Part shown: positions 38,076 through 46,240 of the stretch, piece by piece
Position numbering within the stretch: position 1 is the first letter of the stretch
How the letters are laid out: every line of letters begins with the position of its first letter
Origin: Giardia intestinalis
Taxonomy: Eukaryota
Reading direction: 5' to 3' (one strand)
Assembly (NCBI GenBank): GCA_000002435.2
Contig: CM018793.1
Length of the DNA: 64,000 nt
Notes under the pieces: model-generated
What the model was told of the DNA's origin: nothing
What the model saw: the letters and a program-made list of their open reading frames with translations, nothing else
Database searches by the model: none
Translations under genes and position numbers: made by a program

Positions 38076-40138
38076 GGTTGTGAATCGCCCTCATACGTCC
38101 CCGAGAATAAATATTTAACAGCCCTCTTCAGGCGCTTGAGGAACCCTTGTGGGGGGCCAGGTGAGTCTCGGGAGGAATGGAAATGCTCATTCTCATACTG
38201 AAGCCTGCTATATGCATTCAGGCTTCGGCACACTGTACTCTGAGAACGCGGGGTAATTCTTCTGCTCCCGGGAGTCTCTGGACAGTTTGGTGTGCGGGGA
38301 GAAATAGCCTCAGTTTCATCCTCTGAGTTGTCGAGGCCCATGATACTGAAGTTTTTACTAGAACGACCCGATGTTCTGGCCTTTAGCTCAGCTACCTCAA
38401 CCTGCAGGGCCGAGATGCTTCTCTTGTTGCTACTTCTTTCCTCATCGATCTTAGAGCTGATCTGGTTACATCTCTGCTCGAGGGCCTTCAGGCATGTTCT
38501 ACTGTTCTCCTTAAACTTTTCAAAGTCTCCCGATATTCCTCTGATGTTCTTTTGAACAGAGCGAAGGTTGTACCCCAGAGCAGTCACCTGAGACTCGTTT
38601 TGCTCGAGTAATTGTCTAGTGGCCTCCCACAACTCATCTTTACTGGGCTTCCCTTCTGCTTCTCCACGAGGCAGATTGAGCACCTCACCCAACATACCAA
38701 CGAGCTCCTCAATTCGGTGCTCCTGATTGGATAAAAAATCAGAGATAGTGTCTATGCGCTGTGAAAGTCGCAGGATCGTTTCTTGAATCTCGTACTGACT
38801 AGTTGTGTCATGCTGATAAATACTGTTTTTATTCTTTGTTCTAATTGCATACCCTGGACCAGTTGATCTACCAGGTGCATCAGTGACCGGCTTTGGGGCA
38901 GTTTGGAGATTGGTCACTGACATGGCCGTTGAGTGTACGCGCGACTCACTGTTGAGTGGTGGCTTTTTCAACTGAGAAGTGAGGCTAGTTTCTAAAGAAT
39001 TGTTATAGAACTCCATCAGCTCTTTTAGCTCGCTATCGAATGTGTTGCCCGCCACCTTTGTGTGTTCGAGCTCTTCAATGACCATATGACTATCCCGCAG
39101 TTCGTTGGCGACCGGCGCAGGTGTCATTGCAGGAGTTTTCAAGGAGTTGTTGATAGTACAATCGGAAGGTATCTTCCTAGTAGCAGCTATCATGGATGCG
39201 CTCCCTGACAGCCTAAAGCGCTGTTGGTGGAATCGTGTAATCTCGTCAACCACCTTTGTAAGCCCTAGTGCCCTGGCAAGCTCGAGGGGTGTCTGACCCT
39301 GTTTGTTCTGCAGGGCCTCCTCTGCTTCTATCAGAATGATAGCAGATTCTGCATGATAATTCTGGATTGCTAGTAGGAGTGCTGTGTTGTGGTTATTGTC
39401 CCGATGTCCCGACTCATAGGCTAGTAGTGCTTCAGTTGTCTGTGTACGACCAGAGTAGGCAGCATACATTAGTGCTGTGTGACCTTGGGCATCCTGCAAA
39501 CCTGCCTCTACAGAAATGAGGAGTTTCACCATCTCGACATGCCCGGCCGCGGCCGCAATCATCAACGCTGATCGCCCTGTGACGCTCCTCATGCCTGCCT
39601 CTTGTGAGACGAGCATTTTCCCGCATTGCCACTTGCCGGTCTGTGCAGCAAACATGAGGGCTGTCATCCCACTGTTATCCGTCAAGGATGCCTCCTTGTG
39701 TCGCGCCATATCGACAAGCTCAGTCCACCCTAGGCGGCTCGCTATCATCAGAGCGGTTGCACCGTCCTTTCCTTGCATTCCCGCCTCCGCCTCCAAAAGG
39801 AGCCGAAAGCAGCCGATACTCCGCCTATATACCGAGCTCATCAGAGCTGTCTGTCCACCAGCGTCCTGCATGCACCTTTCGTACGGAAGGAGAAAGGATA
39901 CGATGGCCTCTTGGTTGTTGTAGGCAGCAAACATAAGGGCTGTCTCTCCTGTGTTCACCTGCATTCGCTGCTCCTTTTCTACCAGCAGCCTTACACACTC
40001 AAGATGCCCAGCGCTGGCGGCGAACATCAGGGCAGTCTGGCCGTTTGCGTCGGCTAGCCCCACATAAAGGTGCAAAAGCGCACGCACATCGGCCTCCCTA
40101 CCCTCAAAGGCAGCGACCATCAGCTCGGTTTTACTCAT
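38072..40138 (-). CDS. Ankyrin-repeat protein of the Giardia Protein 21.1 type, with N-terminal ANK repeats and a C-terminal coiled coil
   Basis: There are about 10 ANK repeats (GQTALMFAASAGHLECVRLLV, GETALMFAAYNNQEAIVSFLL, GATALMIASRLGWTELV and others), followed by a coiled-coil tail. ATG start at 40138. Confidence 0.88.
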   Translation of the reverse strand: MSKTELMVAAFEGREADVRALLHLYVGLADANGQTALMFAASAGHLECVRLLVEKEQRMQVNTGETALMFAAYNNQEAIVSFLLPYERCMQDAGGQTALMSSVYRRSIGCFRLLLEAEAGMQGKDGATALMIASRLGWTELVDMARHKEASLTDNSGMTALMFAAQTGKWQCGKMLVSQEAGMRSVTGRSALMIAAAAGHVEMVKLLISVEAGLQDAQGHTALMYAAYSGRTQTTEALLAYESGHRDNNHNTALLLAIQNYHAESAIILIEAEEALQNKQGQTPLELARALGLTKVVDEITRFHQQRFRLSGSASMIAATRKIPSDCTINNSLKTPAMTPAPVANELRDSHMVIEELEHTKVAGNTFDSELKELMEFYNNSLETSLTSQLKKPPLNSESRVHSTAMSVTNLQTAPKPVTDAPGRSTGPGYAIRTKNKNSIYQHDTTSQYEIQETILRLSQRIDTISDFLSNQEHRIEELVGMLGEVLNLPRGEAEGKPSKDELWEATRQLLEQNESQVTALGYNLRSVQKNIRGISGDFEKFKENSRTCLKALEQRCNQISSKIDEERSSNKRSISALQVEVAELKARTSGRSSKNFSIMGLDNSEDETEAISPRTPNCPETPGSRRITPRSQSTVCRSLNAYSRLQYENEHFHSSRDSPGPPQGFLKRLKRAVKYLFSGTYEGDSQP

Positions 40139-40207
40139 ATATCCCTAGCACTGCTGCTGGCGCAGACGCAGGGTTGTTGACCTCTGGATTTCTTCTTTTT
40201 TAGAAAA
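40139..40207. promoter_or_regulatory. Divergent promoter spacer with an AT-rich initiator TTTTTAGAAAAATG at the 40208 start
   Basis: A 69-bp spacer between head-to-head ATGs. Confidence 0.35.
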
Positions 40208-41347
40208 ATGGATGACGTCCCCTCTGTCTTTCTGCAGTCCAGATTCGGCGCCGTCAGTGCACTAACGTTTGATATATTAAACGACATAGACCCAGACATG
40301 GCTATGGGGCTGTATATCGATACGGCCTGCTTTGCAAGCAGAAAGCTCGTAGCCCAGGCCGGATCGCTCAACAAATTCACGGGACAGCACAAACGGCCGA
40401 TTCTCCTAGGTCCGGACAACTGCTCTCATCCGGTCCAAATCAAATCTAAGAAGCATTTCACTCAGGTACAGTATTCAAGCAGCACCGTGTATGAGTACTT
40501 TAATGCAAAAGAGTTTGTGGGTCTCATCAATGATTTGAAGCCGACATTTTTTGTTCTTCCTAATCCCCTGCCTCTTCCTAAAAGTCTAACAGGAGCCTCG
40601 CCAAAGCCATCCGATATTATTTTACATTGCAATGCATCGACTGACTGGCTTGCTATAGCAGACACTGCAAGGAATGCTCTGATAGCAGTCACCGAGGAGA
40701 CTCTCCGCTACAATGACCCGCTGCCAAAGCCAGAGCTGTACGCGAGCTACCTAGATGTTATCAGCAAATCTAAGGGTCCCTTCTTCCTACCGTATCTATC
40801 CCAGCTTCCTGTCATTCGTGACGTCTGTAAAGCCCGTGGATACCCTACTCGCATCGTTGTAGCTTCTGGAAGCACTCTCGTCTCTCTGCTGACGGCCTTG
40901 CAGTATGAATCTGTCAGTGTCATAACTGATATAGTGTCACTGTACTCTGAACAAGGAATAGCCATCACTGTCCCCTTGGATCTCTTTACTAAACAAGTGG
41001 AGGTACAAGAGGACCGGGAGCCCCTGCGTAAGCATACCATTGGCACGGGTGTGTATCCCTCAGAGACTAAAGAGCATCGAATGCTCACCTATCTAGACTC
41101 CTCCATGTACGCAACAGACCAGGAGCCTCTAGACAAGACGTGCCCGTGTCTGGGATGTAAGCGACCGAAGGCGTACTTACGCCACCTTTATACCACACAC
41201 GAGCTGACAGGATTACTTCTAGTAGCTGCACACAACGTAACGTGGATAAAGCGATTCCTACTTCTTCGGCAGAGGTGCCTCGAGCTGCACGGACCCAGCT
41301 TGCTGAGTGAGTTAGTTCGCAGTATGCTGAGTGCTCTAGCACATTAG
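40208..41347 (+). CDS. Queuine tRNA-ribosyltransferase family protein (TGT fold), probably the non-catalytic accessory subunit QTRT2/QTRTD1
   Basis: The C-terminal TGT zinc motif is CPCLGCKRPKAYLRHLYTTHELTGLLLVAAHNV. Its overall length is about 380 aa. I could not find the catalytic Asp motif of QTRT1, hence the accessory-subunit call. Confidence 0.65.
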   Translation: MDDVPSVFLQSRFGAVSALTFDILNDIDPDMAMGLYIDTACFASRKLVAQAGSLNKFTGQHKRPILLGPDNCSHPVQIKSKKHFTQVQYSSSTVYEYFNAKEFVGLINDLKPTFFVLPNPLPLPKSLTGASPKPSDIILHCNASTDWLAIADTARNALIAVTEETLRYNDPLPKPELYASYLDVISKSKGPFFLPYLSQLPVIRDVCKARGYPTRIVVASGSTLVSLLTALQYESVSVITDIVSLYSEQGIAITVPLDLFTKQVEVQEDREPLRKHTIGTGVYPSETKEHRMLTYLDSSMYATDQEPLDKTCPCLGCKRPKAYLRHLYTTHELTGLLLVAAHNVTWIKRFLLLRQRCLELHGPSLLSELVRSMLSALAH

Positions 41348-41522
41348 GTACTCGCCGCACATGTTAGTAAAGAACCCTTGCCATGTTTGTTATCACACTG
41401 TGTGACTTCAATCCATAGTTCCCGGTGGAATCGTTGCTCTGGTATCAATTGTGACCACAGCTCCTTGGATAGTCGATGCACTTGGGTGTCGCAACCCACA
41501 ATCTTCCCGAGGAAAAAGAAAA

Positions 41523-42533
41523 ATGGGCGTTCTGGATGGAGCTCTTTTCTCGTTGATAGATCTCGTCACCACTAAGCAGACAACAATCTTTCTGCTGTCT
41601 TGTACCTTTACCCTGCTCGTTCTAAGCAGATATTCTTCCAAAAGGAACCTTAGACAAGCCATAGAAACTGTTCGCGCCGTCCGCACCATCCTGCCCCTGG
41701 ACGTTCAGTATCCGTCTGTTAAAGGGTTTAATATGCGGACTTATCGCTGGGCTGCGGTTTCATCGGCCGATGACGCCCCTGTACAATCTCTGTCTCTGCT
41801 CATTGTCACAAGCAGTGCAATGAACCCATCCTGGTATATTCTCCGTTATCTCCACGTTTCAGGGCCATTTCTACTCTTTGAGGTGGCAATACTGCCTCAA
41901 GCAAAGGGACTCTACGCCATTCTGGTCGGCCATCACGAAGGCAAGACGTTTAACAACGCATATCCGTACGCTGGAACTCGTGTATCTGACGCAAAGAGTC
42001 CTAGCATGTATCACCAAGCATACGAGTCGTGCTCTGGCCTTGCTAGAGGCCTCTATGACGCCCTTGTCTCCGCAAGTTCTGACCCTATCGACATTGCCAA
42101 GTCGGTTATCACATGTGCTCTGATGGAGGACAAAGTAATCTTCCATACTCACAATTCCGGATGTATAGACACTCTGGAGGGCATTTTGAGGGCCTTAAGG
42201 TCTGTGCTTCATTATGCAACGTCGTTCAGCCCAACGGACATACAGAGAAAACAAATTGCTAAGAAAATGCTTGCTGCAGAGCGTGAGATGGCCAACATAA
42301 ATGCCCAGAAGCGTTCAGAAGAGGCAGCAGAAAACACAAAGAAGCTTCTCAAGGAGTACAACGAGCGCCTTCGGGACCCCCACATAACCGAGTCAGAACG
42401 TAAGAAGATCAACAGGAAACTTGATAGCATTGAAGCCCAGCAGAGGGCCTCTCTGAGCAAGATGCTCTTTGGATATAGCATGCCGAAAATGAAGCCCTCC
42501 AAGAAGTCTCGCACGCAAATAATATACCAGTAA
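41523..42533 (+). CDS. Hypothetical signal-anchored membrane protein with a C-terminal coiled coil
   Basis: The track ORF 41451 starts with GTG, and the first ATG is at 41523 (MGVLDGALFSLIDLVTTKQTTIFLLSCTFTLLVL, a hydrophobic anchor). The C-terminus is the coiled coil KMLAAEREMANINAQKRSEEAAENTKKLLKEYNERL. Confidence 0.55.
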   Translation: MGVLDGALFSLIDLVTTKQTTIFLLSCTFTLLVLSRYSSKRNLRQAIETVRAVRTILPLDVQYPSVKGFNMRTYRWAAVSSADDAPVQSLSLLIVTSSAMNPSWYILRYLHVSGPFLLFEVAILPQAKGLYAILVGHHEGKTFNNAYPYAGTRVSDAKSPSMYHQAYESCSGLARGLYDALVSASSDPIDIAKSVITCALMEDKVIFHTHNSGCIDTLEGILRALRSVLHYATSFSPTDIQRKQIAKKMLAAEREMANINAQKRSEEAAENTKKLLKEYNERLRDPHITESERKKINRKLDSIEAQQRASLSKMLFGYSMPKMKPSKKSRTQIIYQ

Positions 42534-42808
42534 CGTTTGCAGCTGCACTAGGCACAGTGGTTGTTTTGCAAGGTCTTGGATCAACTGGTGGGAACTGGCG
42601 ATAACCCCCTATTTACTGAGTTCTTGCGACAGGAACTGACTATGCAAGCTTGTGGTGCCTCACTATCCCTGAACACGCACAGGCACAGGTACAGCCAAAC
42701 GCTTTTATATAGACTTCGGGTGTGAACAAGAAATGCACACTCCATATACACGAGATGGCATCGACTGTAACTAGCAAGCGATGTACTACAGTGCATACAT
42801 ACTTGCGG

Positions 42809-43504
42809 CTAAGCCGTAGAGAATATGTTGGAGTGCATAGATGGAGCAAATATCAAGAACAGGCGCCGGAACCACACGTCTTGCGACGCGTACGTCATTA
42901 GAAACAGGGATCTCAGCTGGCAGGGGGCTCTTGAGGTTATTCTCACCTGATCCATCCTAACCTTGTAGAGCCACGGCATAAGCCACGCAAGCCGAGGAGG
43001 TGTTTGCAGGAAGTAGCACTTTGCACGAATCCGGCCTGCCAGCACCGCCTTCCCTATCTGGCAATGGTTTATGTGGCCTGTGACACCTTCGCTGTCAAAG
43101 GTGTAAACGGTAATGGCATCACCCATTGCCATGTCCATTCCGTACAAGATTATTTGTAGAAGTCGTTCGCTCCACGGTGTATAGGGATCATCGAGAAGAG
43201 GCGTCCGAAGATAGTGAGTCCTGATGGCTGAGAACCTTCTTGATAAGGATGCGAGCTCGGAGGTACGGAGAGCCCCCTGCCTTGGGTCTTGTCTGCTTCC
43301 TCCTTGGAGCTCTGCAGATTCTCTCCAGCCGCCAGATGTCAAGCAGAGAATGAGCGTGGGAACCTCATGCTCCTCCATGTGCTGCAGTAGAGGCCCGAAG
43401 AAGAGCAGCTCATCATCGGGGTGCGCTGTCAGGACAATCACCCGAGTTCCGGAGTACTGCTCTAGCTGAGACACAACACTGAACAGTAAGTTAGTAAATG
43501 TCAC
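42809..43504 (-). CDS. N-acetylglucosaminyl-phosphatidylinositol de-N-acetylase (PIG-L family, GPI anchor biosynthesis step 2). The start codon is unresolved.
   Basis: It carries the PIG-L HPDDE motif (VIVLTAHPDDELLFFGPLL), the C-terminal SQDVWFRRLFLIFAPSMHSNIF resembles PIG-L SQLLWFRRLYIIFSRYM, and the GH(I)NH motif is present. The most upstream codon in frame is GTG at 43504. The first in-frame ATG, at residue 43, lies after the essential HPDDE motif. Confidence 0.7.
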   Translation of the reverse strand: MTFTNLLFSVVSQLEQYSGTRVIVLTAHPDDELLFFGPLLQHMEEHEVPTLILCLTSGGWRESAELQGGSRQDPRQGALRTSELASLSRRFSAIRTHYLRTPLLDDPYTPWSERLLQIILYGMDMAMGDAITVYTFDSEGVTGHINHCQIGKAVLAGRIRAKCYFLQTPPRLAWLMPWLYKVRMDQVRITSRAPCQLRSLFLMTYASQDVWFRRLFLIFAPSMHSNIFSTA

Positions 43505-43560
43505 GATCTTTTGTTTAAGACGCTTTACTCGACCACGTAATAGACGTCTACATTCAGAAA

Positions 43561-43875
43561 ATGTTCTGGCTGCTTATTTTTGCAGTGGCCGTGCTTGCAT
43601 ACAGACCGTCAGATAGGAAAAGGGACACGTATTCAGCTGTTCTACGCAGCCCCAAGCCATGCGGCTTGAAAGACTACGAGGGGCTTCTAACCTTCATGAA
43701 GTCTCCCGAGCGCGACCTGTACGATCTTACTATCGAGTACGGCTATACCACGCCTGTGCTGCTATTCTTAGACGTCAATGAACAGGAACTAGGCCGTGTT
43801 TACATCGACAAGAGCCACACGCCTGTGGCAATTCAGGCGTTGCTGGATGAAGCTGATATCCCGGTTCGCAGGTAA
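43561..43875 (+). CDS. Small hypothetical protein of 104 aa with an N-terminal hydrophobic signal or anchor
   Basis: ATG start, with MFWLLIFAVAVLAY at the N-terminus. It is divergent from the PIG-L gene. No family recognised. Confidence 0.45.
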   Translation: MFWLLIFAVAVLAYRPSDRKRDTYSAVLRSPKPCGLKDYEGLLTFMKSPERDLYDLTIEYGYTTPVLLFLDVNEQELGRVYIDKSHTPVAIQALLDEADIPVRR

Positions 43876-43881
43876 AGATGG

Positions 43882-44262
43882 TCAAGGGGGCTCCAAGTGA
43901 ACACAGATTTCTGTTCCAGCAGTTTCATAAACCCCGTTGCCGTAGTAGATTCCGTAGTCTTCTGCACGTTGGCCAACAAAGGGCACGGGTGTTAGGAGTT
44001 CCTTACCCGATTTCCCTGCCCTTATAGGCCATGGATTGGCCCACAGATGCCCGTATTTTTCCCGCAACTTCTGCACGTGCTCGTCGCTTTTGTAGTGACC
44101 CTGTTGCGCCTTCTTGGATCCAAAGGATACTCCACAAACAGTGCACGAGACCAATGGAATAACCTGGGAAACATGCATCTCTGCCATCTCCGGATGTAAA
44201 GGCGTCACTGATTTCGTCACTAGCAGTGACGACGCGGACGATGAGGCGCTAGGCTCTATCAT
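43882..44262 (-). CDS. U1/matrin-type C2H2 zinc-finger protein of 126 aa
   Basis: The motif is CTVCGVSFGSKKAQQGHYKSDEH, that is C-x2-C-x12-H-x5-H of the U1-like/zf-met type. ATG start at 44262. Confidence 0.55.
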   Translation of the reverse strand: MIEPSASSSASSLLVTKSVTPLHPEMAEMHVSQVIPLVSCTVCGVSFGSKKAQQGHYKSDEHVQKLREKYGHLWANPWPIRAGKSGKELLTPVPFVGQRAEDYGIYYGNGVYETAGTEICVHLEPP

Positions 44263-44278
44263 TAAAAAGTGTAGGCAA

Positions 44279-46240
44279 GTGGACGACTTTTTTCGCGCTA
44301 TTCGTGCCGGAGACTATGAAACAGTCTCCAGGCTTGTACTACAGTATGGAGCTTGCACCGATGCTAACGGACACACTCCCTTGATGTGTGCTATGGCTTC
44401 AAAGCAGGAGGACCTTCTTCCTGTGCTGATTCCGTCGTCATCGGGCATGGCAACCGAGAATGGGGAATACGCCATCACACTGGCTGCTGAACTGGAGTTT
44501 CTTCCTGGAGTTCTCGCTGTACTCCCGTACGAGCATCACTATCGCAACCGAGACGGAGATTCGGCCCTTCACATACTTGCTCGAAAAGGGATTGTCGACA
44601 TCATTCCTCAGTGTGCACAGTACTTGGAGCGAGCAAGGGATGCTACTGGACGTATTCCTATCGACGTTGCAGCAGAGCATAACAGTGTTGCATTTCTCAA
44701 GGCCTCGATAGAGAATAAGCTGGGCTTGACGGCGGACGATGTTTTGCGCACGTTCTGTGCGGCACGACATGCAGGTAGACAAGAGGCCATGGATTGTCTT
44801 CGTGAATACATTTTCGTGGAGCCTGTTGAATGCCTCTGCTATCGTTGTAGCAACGTTCTGGACTTTCCTTCTAATAGTTCCAGCAGGCTAGGGACACCAA
44901 TAGTATCGAGATACAGCTCCATATGTCGCACGCCTTTGTCGTTCAAGTCCATTCGAAGCCTGGGGTCTCTTTCTGCAGAAAGGAGGCCAAGCTTGCGCAG
45001 TCCCTGTCTTTCCCCGCGGCTATCTAATTCAGTGGAGACGACATCCATCGGCATACAGGTTTCTACCGCTTGTCAAAACTGTACTGAAAGTGCACAGATA
45101 TATGAGCAGCAGATTGCTGAGCTAAACGACAGATTGTCAGCCCTGACTGCACAACTAAACACATTTTCTCAAAGATCGCCACAGGTAAGCACGACCCTAC
45201 CTCATTGCACAGAGTCAAATTCTGGTTTTAGTGAAAGGAGACAAAAACAGAGAGACATAGTGGAAGCGGCTGCTCTATCCTTCTCGCCCCTACAAGAAGC
45301 CTCGAAGGCACAAACAAGAGAGCTAATTTCTGTGGTTACGCCAACAGTGAACAGAATCACAGATGACCCGCATCCCAGCGTCCCAAGTAGTCCCTTGCCT
45401 TCTTCCTCTCTATGTTCAAGCCAAGGGTCCAACCCAACAGTCCTCAGATTTTCGGGCTTTCGCGGGATCACCGAACTTGCTCTGTCGAAGGTGGGATCTC
45501 TCAAGAACAGCTCTCCGCATTTAGAGGACATGGGATCCCTGTATGAGGCCCCTGACATGCATACCAATATGACCGACCTTATGCGAGCAGCATGCAGCGG
45601 GAACGTAGGACTTGTGGGAAAGCTTATCGCTACCCAGTCGCGACACCAGACGGAGTCAGGCTACACGGCGCTAATGTTTGCATGCAGAATAGGAAACTTG
45701 GCAGCAGCTAAAATGCTTCTGCCCTACGAAGCAGGGATGCAGACGAAAACAGGATCAACGGCATTGATGGAGGCATGTGCAAGCGGAAGCAAGGAGCTTG
45801 CAACTCTATTGCTCATTGAGGGAGGCATCTATCGTAAGGATGGGTGGTCTGCTCTCATGAGTGCTGCTCGAGCAGGACTTCCCGACATTGTCCGCTGCCT
45901 TCTTCCAGTCGAGAGCGGTAGGGCTACTTTGGGCGGAGTAACCGCCCTTATGAAAGCCGTAGAGCAGGGACACTATTCGTGTATTTCAATGCTCATTCCA
46001 TCGGAAATTCACTTTCGAAGAAAGGATGGGCGAACGGCAATAGACATCGCCCGTGAACTGAATAATACAGGCATAATTGGCCTGTTGGAGGACTACATCA
46101 ACAACCATCCAGTCAGCCTTTCAGATCATCAGACAACAACTGAAAGGGATAGCAACCAGCTGACCAGTAGCGAGATGGAACTCCTTGCAGATATCGATGA
46201 GTATATAATCATGGGTGACGGCGCTTCCGACAAGTGTTAG
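44279..46240 (+). CDS. Ankyrin-repeat protein of the Protein 21.1 type, with an N-terminal ANK block, an S/P-rich linker and a C-terminal ANK block. The start is unresolved.
   Basis: The track ORF 44114..46240 starts with TTG. ANK repeats begin at DDFFRAIRAGDYETVSRLVLQYGACTDANGHTPLM, but the first in-frame ATG is at 44384, inside that repeat. The in-frame GTG at 44279 sits exactly where a start is expected, 17 nt from the divergent zinc-finger ATG. The C-terminal repeats include GYTALMFACRIGN, GSTALMEACASGS, GWSALMSAARAG and GVTALMKAVEQGH. Confidence 0.75.
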   Translation: MDDFFRAIRAGDYETVSRLVLQYGACTDANGHTPLMCAMASKQEDLLPVLIPSSSGMATENGEYAITLAAELEFLPGVLAVLPYEHHYRNRDGDSALHILARKGIVDIIPQCAQYLERARDATGRIPIDVAAEHNSVAFLKASIENKLGLTADDVLRTFCAARHAGRQEAMDCLREYIFVEPVECLCYRCSNVLDFPSNSSSRLGTPIVSRYSSICRTPLSFKSIRSLGSLSAERRPSLRSPCLSPRLSNSVETTSIGIQVSTACQNCTESAQIYEQQIAELNDRLSALTAQLNTFSQRSPQVSTTLPHCTESNSGFSERRQKQRDIVEAAALSFSPLQEASKAQTRELISVVTPTVNRITDDPHPSVPSSPLPSSSLCSSQGSNPTVLRFSGFRGITELALSKVGSLKNSSPHLEDMGSLYEAPDMHTNMTDLMRAACSGNVGLVGKLIATQSRHQTESGYTALMFACRIGNLAAAKMLLPYEAGMQTKTGSTALMEACASGSKELATLLLIEGGIYRKDGWSALMSAARAGLPDIVRCLLPVESGRATLGGVTALMKAVEQGHYSCISMLIPSEIHFRRKDGRTAIDIARELNNTGIIGLLEDYINNHPVSLSDHQTTTERDSNQLTSSEMELLADIDEYIIMGDGASDKC

